In this document: positions 39,640 to 51,815 of the stretch, in pieces
Numbering within the stretch: the stretch's first letter is position 1
How the letters are laid out: the number at the start of each line of letters is the position of its first letter
From: Narcine bancroftii
Lineage: Eukaryota
NCBI RefSeq assembly: GCF_036971445.1
Contig: NC_091471.1
Span: 366,482,001 to 366,546,000, forward strand
Direction: 5' to 3'
Length of the DNA: 64,000 nt
Translations under genes and position numbers: made by a program
The notes under the pieces: generated by a model
Told to the model about the DNA's origin: nothing
Seen by the model: only the letters and a program-made list of their open reading frames with translations
The model's database searches: none

Positions 39640-40395
39640 GGGGAACTTTGGAGTTAAGGTATTAGTGGATGTGGGAACTGCCGGGGTACTTTATGTCTTA
39701 AATGTGTTGTCGTATATTAAGTGCGATAAGAGAAAACTAAGAGATGAAAATGTGGAAAAGAGATGTATGCAAGAAAGTTTTGGGAAGAATTAAATCAGAT
39801 ACTTTAAAAAAAAGTTACAAAAAATAACATAGCAAAAAAACAAGAGATATTTCTTTTAAGTAACATAAGAAGTAGAGAATTAGGCCTCAAATTGGATAAA
39901 GTGCAAAAAAAATTAATTATGATAGCAAAAAAAATGTATAATGTTTACTTGGAAAATGGAAGAGAGCAAGACTATACAGCAATGGTACATGGAAATGAAT
40001 AAATGTATTCCATTGGAAAAAATAACATATAATTTAAAAAATAAAGTCACAATGTTTGAACAAATTTGGGAACCATACATGGAATATATGAGAGAGAGCT
40101 TGCCTACGACCTCCATCCCCTAGAATGAGAATGAAAATGACAAGAAGACAAAACGACTGGTTTCAGTGTGTAGTAAATAGATGACGTATTTTTCTTGTTT
40201 GTTTTCCTTTGTGTGAGATATTGTTTTATGGTATATGTTGAATATGGGTATTGGAAGGGAGTGGGTAGAAGGGAGGGAGGGAAGGGGGGGGGGAAAGGGG
40301 AGAAAAGACCACTGTGTAAATTTTATGAAATACATTTGTACATATTATGGATGATATGGTTCACAGTGTGAAAAATAAAAAAATATTTAAAAGAA
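39640..40395 (+). mobile_element. Internally deleted L1 of the same family as 1472-8018
   Basis: 39640-39773 matches ~3318-3472 and 39775-40390 matches ~7108-8015 without the RTE insert. A-rich tail; possible TSD tctgaattt at 39630 and 40400. Confidence 0.9.
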
Positions 40396-41760
40396 ACCAT
40401 CTGAATTTCCCACTAATCAGAGTAGGAACATAACTGGAAGCGTTTCAGAAATGCAGATCAAAAGGGTGCACATTAGGGTGTGGAGAAGGAAACAATGAAT
40501 GTTTCAGGTCAATTAATAGCTATCATCTTTAAACATTTCACTCTGCTTGTACTGGGACAAATTTCCATTTAGGATCTAAAGTTTCCTTTGCTACATCTGA
40601 TAATGTATTAAATTATTAAATTCGACCTACTCTGCCTTCATTTTGTAAAAATGAAGCCACAATTAATTATTAAAAATGAACATGTGTGCAGTACATCAGT
40701 GTTTTTCTATGTATTATATTTTGGAAGTTTCAATTCACTTATTTGTAAGGTATACGTGAGGAAAAACACTTAACAACAAAGTGCAAGTTTCAGCCAGGAT
40801 ACTTTAGAAACTAACAATAGTGAATTACTCCACAAAACAAGAATTACAATGCTCAGATGTTGGGAAGTGCCTGATTTTGTAGGCAAGGATTTACTTTTGT
40901 GTTAATGATGATGGACAGGCCCAAAATATTGATCAATCTGGTGAATTGTAGTTTCACAGGCAAGATTTCTTGAGTTGTCACACTTGTTTTGAGTTTTGTA
41001 TAGTGAGGCAGATTATTCTATTTGAATACCCCTGGAGAGCCTCGTTGAGCTCAATGGCAGTTACAATCATTAAACTAAATGCTGGGTAAATTTAAAACCT
41101 TTTAAAGCATGTCCAACAGCACTTCTTAAGTCGGGTCCGAGCTATTTGGAATTGAACAACAGTGCAGCAATTAGGTTGTGACTTAAATGAACCCTGATGT
41201 TGATCTTGTAATGCAATCCTATAGAACCATTTAATGAGCACGGTGGCAGAGAAAACTTTCAGTCTACTTGCAGAAGAACCCATCTCATTTTATATTTTGT
41301 GTCAAATAAACTTGAACATCATTGCAACCTTGTTCTTCCAAGGGTGTGCTTAAACTATAGAATTTGTATTCATTTGGCCTCTTGTGGGGGAAATGATGAA
41401 AACTTTGTTGGGATTATTCCCAAAACTTTGAGAAGTTCTGTTTTGACGATCAGAGCAATTTTGTCACGAGAATGATAGAAAATCCTGAGAATATCTTGAG
41501 CAACTTTATTTTCAGTTAACATTACTTCAAAATCGGTGGGTTTTTTTGTCAATCAACATGTTCACTTTAACATGTATACAGTGCTATCCTGAGTAAAACT
41601 AATAACTCCACATCCCACTCCCCAGCATTGGGATATCTTTGTTCAGTATGTCTCCATGTTCATGAATTATTTAGAACAAGTTTTATTAAGTCTATATTGA
41701 TTCTGGTGATCAAGTGAATAACCTGCTTGAGTGCAGTGTCTCACACAATTGTGATCTTTC

Positions 41761-41850
41761 TTTTTTTTTTTTTAAATTTTTTATTTTTCACACCATAAAT
41801 CACGTTAGCCATGATATACACTTTTTCTTTTTCACACATTTACAGTGACC
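41761..41850 (-). mobile_element. Short L1-type 3' tail insertion
   Basis: Poly(T) followed by aaattttttatttttcacaccataaatcac..., the same family as 47176-47241. Resembles the reverse complement of the L1 3' end near 40310-40390. Confidence 0.75.
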
Positions 41851-43409
41851 TTTACTATTGTGATATTTCTTGAATTGAAGATAGCCAAACATGAATTTTA
41901 ATATTATTTAGAATGTTGTTTGGAATAACTGTAAGACTTGACACACAAGAGTTTGCACATAATAACAAGTTTTCAGTAACTGAATAGAGGCTGGATGCCT
42001 CCCAATATAGATTTGACCTCTTTTGGGCATAGAATTCCATCTCTGACATTTCAAAGCAGTACATTACAGTACCAAGGTAATTGGATTGCAGTACAAATTC
42101 ACTTTTTTTTGCCTGTGAGACATCGGTGGTTAGCTTCATAGAACAATATAGCCAACCTTTCCATATCGACAAGCTTGGGAGAGAGGCGGTCTTCTCCACA
42201 AAAATCAAAGATCTCATATCACAAAATTAATTTTGATGTTATTACATCTTATACCAACAGAATTGTGAGAGCATAGACAACACAGGGTTTCGATCAGAGG
42301 TTCTCCAGTTCTTTCCCTCCCCACCCCCCCACAGCTGCTCTGTGGTTACCGTATTAAGGGATTACTTAAGGTGGTATGGTAGTGGGGGCGGAGGATAAAA
42401 GGCTTGGATGAAGGGAGACAAATAAATCCTGCTGCTCAATCCAAATTCTTAGCTGTTGTCAATTTTCTTATCCAAAAGAATAAATAATCTATTTTTGATC
42501 AAGTTTTTTGACATTTTGGACAAATCAATAAACTACTGATTCATTTCAACATGTTTTTTTTTAGATTTTATTAAAAAAATGATCACTCTCATCTTTTTTT
42601 CCAAGAATTGTCACTCAACAATTACTTAATCTACCCACATCAATCTTTAGTTTTATCCTTTGAAAATTTAATTATCTGTTCATCTTTTTTTAAAAAAAAG
42701 CCTGAAAAATGGGATGTAGAAATTATGCAAGTTCATTTGACATTTGCTTTTCTTTTATCTGAAAGCAAATTAATGAGCTGTGACCCCTCTTGGTAAATAA
42801 AACAAGCTCTTTTAAAGTAGAATTTTCTTTAATTTGGGATGACATTATTTTTATTTGCTCAGAAGTGGGAGGTTGATTTCCAGAACCAAAATTGGGAAAA
42901 TTGTCCTCAATTATTGATCCCAAACTTGGTTTTGTACGTGAAGGCAGACCCAGTAAGTGAGACTTTTCAAAGTCCTGTTGAACGAGATACAGGCACAAAA
43001 ATAAGTGAAAAGGAGTTTCCTGCTTTATATTCTCAGCAAGTAATCTGGAGCTACCGACTGTATGCATTTCAATTTGAGAGGCATGTTTTCTCACTGGGGA
43101 CAGATAGCTTTATGCTTTTCCACCACAAAGCAAGTGCAAGATTGTGAATTTGTTTTCAAGAATACTTGTTTGGTAAACTGGAAAGAAAGGATGTTGATGT
43201 GCATGGGTAACGATTAGTCCTGAAACATTGAATTAGAGTAGTTGCACACAGTTGGTAAAGCATTGAATGAGTTAGCAAAAATATACTCAACTTTGAAAAA
43301 GGGGAGTAGACTTGGACTAGGATATGCAATGTATTTCTAAGTAAGCATTTGCTATTTTAAAATGTTCGTTATAAATTGTTGTATGCCTATTTCAATGCAA
43401 GTATTATAA

Positions 43410-44381
43410 TTGCCCATTCAGAGCCAGCTCTTCAGCGCTTGACGTCCTGCTTTGCGGAAACTGCCAAAATGTTTGGCCTGGAAGTCAGCCTGAAGAAAAC
43501 TGAGGTCCTCCATCAGCCAGCACCCCACCATGACTACCAGCCCCCCCACATCTCCATCGGGCACACAAAACTCAAAACGGTCAACCAGTTTACCTATCTC
43601 GGCTGCACCATTTCATCGGATGCAAGGATCGACAATGAGATAGACAACAGACTCGCCAAGGCAAATAGCGCCTTTGGAAGACTACACAAAAGAGTCTGGA
43701 AAAACAACCAACTGAAAAACCTCACAAAGATAAGCGTATACAGAGCCGTTGTCATACCCACACTCCTGTTCGGCTCCGAATCATGGGTCCTCTACCGGCA
43801 CCACCTACGGCTCCTAGAACGCTTCCACCAGCGTTGTCTCCGCTCCATCCTCAACATCCATTGGAGCGCTCACACCCCTAACGTCGAGGTACTCGAGATG
43901 GCAGAGGTCGACAGCATCGAGTCCACGCTGCTGAAGATCCAGCTGCGCTGGATGGGTCACGTCTCCAGAATGGAGGACCATCGCCTTCCCAAGATCGTAT
44001 TATATGGCGAGCTCTCCACTGGCCACCGTGACAGAGGTGCACCAAAGAAAAGGTACAAGGACTGCCTAAAGAAATCTCTTGGTGCCTGCCACATTGACCA
44101 CCGCCAGTGGGCTGATAACGCCTCAAACCGTGCATCTTGGCGCCTCACAGTTTGGCGGGCAGCAGCCTCCTTTGAAGAAGACCGCAGAGCCCACCTCACT
44201 GACAAAAGGCAAAGGAGGAAAAACCCAACACCCAACCCCAACCAACCAATTTTCCCTTGCAACCGCTGCAATCGTGTCTGCCTGTCCCGCATCGGACTGG
44301 TCAGCCACAAACGAGCCTGCAGCTGACGTGGACTTTTTACCCCCTCCATAAATCTTCGTCCGCGAAGCCAAGCCAAAGAAG
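43410..44381 (+). mobile_element. 5'-truncated young RTE LINE with open reading frame
   Basis: ORF 43376-44326 is open. TSD attataattg at 43403-43412 and 44382-44391. Nearly identical to the 18.1 kb copy. Confidence 0.95.
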
Positions 44382-45384
44382 ATTATAATTGACCCTTGGA
44401 ACAAGAATTACAGCTTACTTTTTAAATGGACAACTTAAGAGTATAAATGTGAACACATTTATAAGGCAAATTTCTGTTCTTTTTAAATATGTAGAGCATT
44501 GAAGTGATTTTTCTCTCATAACTGGTGGGATGTTAATTTGTAGAGCATAGAAACAGGCGCTTTGGCTCAACATGCCTGCTCTGGCCAAAAAGTCCCACTT
44601 GTACAAGTCCCACTTGACTGTGTTGGCTCACCCTTCTACCCCAATCTGATTCCTTTATTGTCATGTACTAATACACAAAATTTAATAATGCACAAAGTTT
44701 GTCAGCTTTTGACTTCCTTGAAGGTGTAGTCACACTAGGTACACAGTGAGCAAAAGAACCACACAGTCGAAAGTGAGTTGAACCAACTCTCGCACACATT
44801 TAAATCCCTCGGAACCCGATGATGCTTGCGACTCCAGGACCTTTATGACATCAGCCGCCAAACTGTGGGCTTGTCTTGTAACCTGGAGCTCTCAGATCTA
44901 CCATGGACTTGCCCATGACTCCATGAGCCAGTTTGCCTGTTGCATGCGATTCATCACAAAGGGGCACATAGAGATGACACTAGCATTGCCCAGTCCCCCC
45001 AACAATGAGAAAGAGAAGCCAAAGAGAGTCCTTTCAGAGACACCAAGTATCCGTGGATTCGCTTCCAGTCTATCTTATCCATGTATTTGTCCAAATGTTT
45101 CTACAACATTGCAATAGTACCTGCCTCAATTACTTCTTCTGGCAGGTGTGTGTGTCTGTCCGTGTTTCACCCCCCCCCCCCCACCTCATCTCTCCTTCAT
45201 GCCTTAAACTGATCTCCTCTGGTTCTTCATTTTCCCCCACTCAGTTCACCCAATCTATTCCTCATGATTTTTGGACACCTCTAAGTTTTCCCCTCAATCT
45301 CCTGCGTTCCATGGAATAAGACACTAGCTGCTAAGCCTCTCTCTACTCGCTTAGGCCAACATGTCCTGGCAACATTCTTGTAAA

Positions 45385-45620
45385 TAGTTAGTGTACTGGT
45401 TAGCACAACGATATGAGAGCACTAGCGACCTGGATTTGAATCCGCTGTTGTCCATAAGTTTGTATGTTCTCCCCATGTCTGTGTGTGTTTTTTCCAGATG
45501 ATCTGATTTTCTCAAACCTTTTGAAACGTACTGAAGTTGTAGATAAGTTGGGGTATTTGGGTGGCACAGGCTTGTGAACTGGAAGGACCTGTTACCTTGG
45601 TGTTTGTCTAAATTAAAAAT
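45385..45620 (+). mobile_element. HE1/V-SINE-like tRNA-derived SINE, degraded
   Basis: tRNA-like head, V-domain-like tttgtatgttctccccatgtctgtgtg, and CR1-like tail ggaaggacctgttacc. Confidence 0.6.
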
Positions 45621-46721
45621 TCTTCTCTATACCTTCTCCAGCTTGACAACGTCTTTCCTATAGCATGATGACTTAAAGTAAACCGAGTACTCCAAACTGG
45701 GCCTCACCAACATCTTGTACAGCATGTCCTCCCAAATTCTAAACTCTGAATGATGAAGCCAATATGCCAAAATCTTTTTTGTCCCCCCTATTTACCTGTC
45801 ATGTCACTTTCAATGTACTAAATACATGTATTCCTAGACCCTTCTGCTCTACAACACAGCCCAGCCCTTGTCCATCAGATTTCTCTCTATAACTTGCTAT
45901 CCACATGTTGGGGTCATTGGGCTGTAGTTTCCAGGCTTGTCCCTGCAGCTCTTCTTGAATTTGCCACCCTCCAGTCTGCTCGCACCTCACCTCCACTAAT
46001 GACAGCACAGTGACTTTCAATATATCAGATCAGGCCCAGGAGATTTGTACAACTTTATGCACATCAGGACCTTTAGCACCTCCTCGATCATAATAATGAC
46101 TATTCGCAAGATACTACCATTGATTTCCCCAAGTTCCCCTGTCCTCATGCCTTTCTCCACAGAAAAACCGATGAAAAGTGCTTGTTATGGATCTGCTGTG
46201 GCTCCATGCAAAATTGACGGTATTGATTCCTAAGAGGTCCCATTTGTTTCTCATGTTACTCTTTTTCCCTTTTCAAACTTCTAAAATCTCTTGGGATTAT
46301 CCTTAATGTTATCTGCCAGAACTATCTCCCGTTCCCCTATCTTTTTGCCATTTCTCCAGGAGGTCCTCCAAATGTTACTTCTGAGCAAGAGACTTCAAGA
46401 ATCAGAATGGAAATTCCATGCAATAATTGAAGAAGTCCTAGTTTGAGTTTGAATTGAGCAAATATATTTTTGTTTAAAAAAAAAGCCATTAATGCTGCAT
46501 TTTCAATTTGGTTAACATTGCAGTAAATGTCATTATCTGCAACATTCATAACAGGAATTATGTTATTTCTGGCTGTAACTGTACACCTTGAATAAAGCCC
46601 TTTCATGATGTTGACATCTATTTTGGCATTGTGGACTTGTAATCCATTAACCAATAATCTCTGTATGAATTATAAATTTTATACAGCAACTTCTTTTACT
46701 TTACAGGTTTCAACCTAAACC

Positions 46722-46944
46722 ATGGGCGTGGTAGTAGAAGATGATAAAAATGCAGAAGTGAAAGCCCCTGATGGAGGCTGGGGTTGGGCAATTCTCATTG
46801 GATGTTTCATCATCACTGGATTCTCTTATGCTTTTCCGAAAGCTGTTAGTGTTTTCTTCAAGGAATTAATCAAGGAATTCCATGTTGGGTACAGTGACAC
46901 TGCTTGGATCTCTTCCATTGTGCTTGCTATGTTGTATGGAACAG
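46722..46944 (+). CDS. slc16a3: Monocarboxylate transporter 4, coding exon 1
   Basis: Encodes MGVVVEDD...[39 protein letters not shown]...[16 protein letters not shown], including the MCT signature PDGGWGW. Acceptor ttttactttacag ends at 46706 and the ATG is in a good Kozak context (accATGg). Donor AG|gtaagc at 46945. 223 coding nt, phase 1. Confidence 0.97.
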
Positions 46945-47175
46945 GTAAGCATTGATGGGTGGAAAACAGATTTAATTTAATTTAATTATTGCTAACAATC
47001 TTGGTCTTTGTTTACAGCATTTGGAACTATTACTTTGTCCAGTTTTTTAGTGATGTGTGATACAAGTAAACTTTTTAGAAATCTATTTTACAATGCACAG
47101 GCGCTCCTCAACTTACGATGAGGCTGCATTTTGACAAACCATGGGAGCACCTGTAGTTAACCTTTTTTCCTTTCT

Positions 47176-47241
47176 TTTTTTTTAAATTTTTTATTTTTCA
47201 CACCATAAATCACAATAGCCATGATATACACTTTTTCTTTT
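47176..47241 (-). mobile_element. Ultra-short L1-type 3' tail insertion
   Basis: Poly(T) plus ~55 nt, flanked by a perfect 16-bp TSD accttttttcctttct (47160-47175 and 47242-47257). Near-identical to 41761-41831. Confidence 0.8.
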
Positions 47242-47778
47242 ACCTTTTTTCCTTTCTGATGATACTGATGTCCTATATTGTGGGTTGGTCATTGACTAAG
47301 GGACCATCCTTCATGGTGAAGCTCCTGGTGTTTGTTGAAGGGCCTATACTGCAGATTAGGAGCAATTATTACCCAGCAGCTTTAACTGCTGACAGTTGTA
47401 ACGATCCTTCTCCTCCTCCGGTGCCTTTTTATCTTTGCACAGGTCACTAATCTAAGCCAGAATTCTTCAAGCTTGTTACCTCAAATTATTAGAGAGGCCC
47501 CAAAAAGATTTAATTCCTCTATCACCTCCCTGCTTTTAGTAGTCTCTCAGTTGGTTTTGGATGCCATATCATCTTTATAAATCCAGTGTCTGTTTCATTG
47601 GTGAATCTAAGTGGTAAGTAGCCCAGGTTCTCTTTTTTTAAAAAAAAACACACTAAAATAATCCTTTTCAGGGATACTGAGCACTCTCTGGTCACAGTAC
47701 ATTCTAAGTTTCCTGAACAATTCCACTGGGGGCAGGAAGAGCATAAATGTGCACTCCTTGCAGGTTGCTCTGTGATTA

Positions 47779-48256
47779 CTAACGTCGAAGTACTCGAGAT
47801 GGCAGAGGTCGACAGCATCGAGTCCATGCTGCTGAAGATCCAGCTGCGCTGGGTAGGTCACGTCTCCAGAATGGAGGACCATCGCCTTCCCAAGATCGTG
47901 TTCTATGGCGAGCTCTCCACTGGCCACCTTGACAGAGGTGCACCAAAGAAGAGGTACAAGGACTGCCTAAAGAAATCTCTTGGTGCCTGCCCCATTGACC
48001 ACCGCCTCAAACCGTGCATCTTGGCGCCTCACAGTTTGGCGGGCAGCAACCTCCTTTGAAGAAGACCGCAGAGTCCACCTCACTGACAAAAGGCAAAGGA
48101 GGAAAAACCCAACCCCAACCCACCAATTTTCCCCTGCAGCCGCTGCAACCGTGTCTGCCTGTCCCGCATCGGACTTGTCAGCCACAAACGAGCCTGCAGC
48201 TAACGTGGACTTTTACCCCCTCCATAAATCTTCGTCCGCGAAGCCAAGCCAAAGAA
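47779..48256 (+). mobile_element. 5'-truncated RTE LINE in an slc16a3 intron
   Basis: Same family (LLKIQLRWVGHVSRMEDHRLPK), with small internal deletions. Confidence 0.9.
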
Positions 48257-48544
48257 ACCTACCCTTCCCATGCCCACACCCTGCCTCCAGAAAATCCATG
48301 GAGGGATTAGTGAATTCCATGGTCAGTGCTTGATGCATATTGACTTCTCTCTTGTATGGTGGTGCTAGCCAACTGAGAATCTTGCTTGGGTCTCCCTATA
48401 ATGGGCCTATTGTATGTGCAAGTCCAACAGCAGGGTGACAAGAGTTCAGCTCTTTTTCATAGTTCTTGCCTTTGAATGGAAAATGCTGCAGTTTTAGCCC
48501 GAAACAGCCACTGTCTTTGCAACTAATGACAAATGAATGTATTA

Positions 48545-49290
48545 CAAGAACATCAGAAATCGGAGCAGGAGTCAGCCACCCGGCTTGACGAGCCTGCTCC
48601 ACCATTCAATGGAATCATTGCTGATTTGATGATGGACTCATTTCCATTGACCTGCCTTTTTCCTCTACTATGTAAAAATTAGTCCAACCTTGTCTTAAAT
48701 ATATTTACTGAAGTTGCCTCCACTGCATCAATGGGCAGCAAATTCTATAGCTTCACCACCCTCTGGGAAAAGTGATGCCTCCTCACTTCTGTCCTAAATC
48801 TTCTACCCTGAGGCCATGTCCCCTAGTCCTAGTTCCCCCCACCTATGAAAATAGCTTGCCTACCTCTATCTTACCTATACCTTTCATAATTTTGTTTCCA
48901 TAAGATCCCCTCTCATTTTTCTAAATTCCAGCGAATACAATCCCACACGACTCAATCTGTCCTCTCATCTCTGAAATTAACCTGGTGAATCTCCTCTGCA
49001 CTGCTTCCAAAGCCAGTACATCCTTCCTCAAGTAAGGAGACCAGATCTGCATGCAGTACTCCAGATGCGGCCTCCCCAGTACTTTCTACAGCTGCAGCCT
49101 CCCTGCTTCTATATTGAATCCCTCTAGCAATAAAGGGCAACATTCCATTTGCCATATTCATAGCCTGGCTGTAACTGCAAACCAATCTTTTGCTATTCAT
49201 GCACAAGCACTCCCAAGTCCTTCTGCATGGCAGCATGGAGCAATTGCTTTCCACTTAAATAATAAGCTGATCTTCCATTTTTATAAACCA
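48545..49290 (-). mobile_element. CR1-like LINE 3' remnant
   Basis: ANGMLPFIARGIQYRSRE and an RPHLEYC-like segment; CR1-type terminal repeats. Confidence 0.7.
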
Positions 49291-49751
49291 GTAATGTAAA
49301 GGTACAACCCTCACCTAAAGTAAATTAGTATCTAATTATTACACAACAAAGTTTTTTTTGTGTCCCTTTTTGGAAGACTATAATCACTAAGCCAGAGAAT
49401 GCTTGATGTGGGTTTACATTGCAATTTGTATACAGCAGGTGAGAGATTGGGGATGTATTTAGAATACTAACAATTCTAAACATAGTCTATGTTTACAAGT
49501 TACTGTTTTTCAGTTGGAAGGGACACAAGTTATCAGATCAATTTTAGGATTTGGATTTGTAGCTCAATTCAGAAAGCCTTGCAGCTTGTGTAAAATATCA
49601 GACTTTCCTCTGTGTCTGTCACCTCAGTCTTCCTGTTTACTCACTGGTGACTTGCTGTTGATGTCCGATTTGACAATTTGATGGTATCAGTGAGGAAATG
49701 TATGTTCTAAGCTTATTCCTTCCTCTTCGCGTTACCTCTGCTTGCTTGCTT

Positions 49752-49782
<31 letters not shown>

Positions 49783-49889
49783 GGTAGTAACTTCTTATTT
49801 TCATCACTCTATGTTTCTTAAAAAAAACGGGTAGTAGGTTAGCACATTAACCATGAACTCCCAGGGTTGGTTACTGGTCACTTGAGTTT

Positions 49890-51108
49890 CTTTGGCTTGG
49901 CTTCGCGGACGAAGATTTATGGAGGGGTAATGTCCACGTCAGCTGCAGGCTCGTTTGCGGCTGACAAGTCCGATGCGGGACAGGCAGACACGATTGCAGC
50001 GGTTGCAAGGGAAAATTGGTGGGTTGGGGTTGGGTGTTGGGTTTTTCCTCCTTTGCCTTTTGTCAGTGAGGTGGGCTCTGCGGTCTTCTTCAAAGGAGGT
50101 TGCTGCCCGCCAAACTGTGAGGCGCCAAGATGCACGGTTTGAGGCGAGATCAGCCCACTGGCGGTGGTCAATGTGGCAGGCACCAAGAGATTTCTTTAGG
50201 CAGTCCTTGTACCTCTTCTTTGGTGCACCTCTGACACGGTGGCCAGTGGAGAGCTCGCCATATAACACGATCTTGGGAAGGCGATGGTCCTCCATTCTGG
50301 AGACGTGACCCACCCAGCGCAGCTGGATCTTCAGCAGCGTGGATTCGATGCTGTCGGCCTCTGCCATCTCAAGTACTTCTATGTTAGGGATGAAGTCGCT
50401 CCAATGAATGTTGAGGATGGAGCGGAGGCAATGCTGGTGGAAGCGTTCTAGGAGCCATAGGTGATGTCGGTAGAGGACCCATGATTCGGAGCCGGACAGG
50501 AGTGTGGGTATGACAACGGCTCTGTACACGCTGATCTTTGTGAGGTTTTTCAGTTGCTTGTTTTTCCAGACTCTTTTGTGTAGTTTTCCAAAGGCGCTAT
50601 TTGCCTTGGAGAGTCTGTTGTCTATCTCGTTGTCGATCCTTGCATCCGATGAAATGGTGCAGCCGAGATAGGTAAACTGGTTGACCGTTTTGAGTTTTGT
50701 GTGCCCGATGGAGATGTTGGGGGGGCTGGTAGTCATGGTGGGGAGCTGGCTGATGGAGGACCTCAGTTTTCTTCAGGCTGACTTCCAGGCCATGAAAGAC
50801 CTCAACAATGAAGACGCTGTTTACATCCGGTACCGCACGGATGGCAGTCTCTTCAATCTGAGGCGCCTGCAAGCTCACACCAAGACACAAGAGCAACTCG
50901 TCTGTGAACTACTCTTTGCAGACGATGCCGCTTTAGTTGCCCATTCAGAGCCAGCTCTCCAGCGCTTGACGTCCTGTTTTGCGGAAACTGCCAAAATGTT
51001 TGGCCTGGAAGTCAGCCTGAAGAAAACTGAGGTCCTCCATCAGCCAGCTCCCCACCATGACTACCAGCCCCCCCCCCACATCTCCATCGGGCACACAAAA
51101 CTCAAAAG
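49890..51108 (-). mobile_element. RTE LINE with inverted 5' segment
   Basis: Minus-strand 3' part 49890-~50792 and plus-strand segment ~50788-51107. Perfect 21-bp TSD ggttactggtcacttgagttt at 49869-49889 and 51109-51129. Confidence 0.93.
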
Positions 51109-51671
51109 GGTTACTGGTCACTTGAGTTTGGAAGAGTGCTAAAACTATTCTTCTAGTTTGGGGATGGTGAATTTGATCAAGGCCTTTTCCTCCTGATGGT
51201 TGTTCAACAGCCACAAAGGTCAAGTTCAAATGCAAGCAGTCTGACCTCGTAGGGTTAATGATGGAAGTGTTAGATTTTCCTCATAATGAACAAGTCTGTG
51301 CCCAGATAGGGTGATGTTAGGGCTTGTTGTAAATATTATTAACACCATCCAAGTCCAAGGCAGTGTTTTTTTTTTCTGAAAAGTGTTAAGGAGCCAAGAC
51401 ATGTACCTGACAATATTTTGACCTGGTTATTGCCTTCCCTGTCAACATTTCATCCTACCTCCAGCACTCTTTCCCCCAACACGTGCTGTTGAGCACTAAG
51501 TGACTGTAGCCAAAATGTCATTCATAAACAAAGAGATGGCTTGTCGCTCAATAATCTCATTGATGTGTTTCATTATTAATTTCAAAAGCCGACACAAGGT
51601 GGACTTGTCTATTTTTAAAAAATGTTCAATTTGGCACAAGTTAACTGAAGCTTTTTTTTCTCCTCTGTGAG

Positions 51672-51815
51672 GACCTTTATCCAGTATTCTTGTAAATCGT
51701 TTTGGTTGCCGCCCTGTTATGATGGTAGGAGGCTTTTTTGCATCAGCGGGTATGATACTGGCATCATTGTGCACCAACATTATCCAAATCTACCTGACGG
51801 TTGGCGTCATCACTG
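51672..51815 (+). CDS. slc16a3: Monocarboxylate transporter 4, coding exon 2 (not in the ORF track)
   Basis: Translated by hand as (G)[47 protein letters not shown](G). 144 nt, phase 1-1. Polypyrimidine tract with gag acceptor; donor TG|gtaagg. Confidence 0.95.

Noticed and set aside
43957-44404. Recurrent antisense and alternative-frame ORFs (RLWLTSPMRDRQ..., MVPATLTTASG...)
   Set aside because: They recur only because the RTE copies are near-identical; there is no independent evidence of coding.
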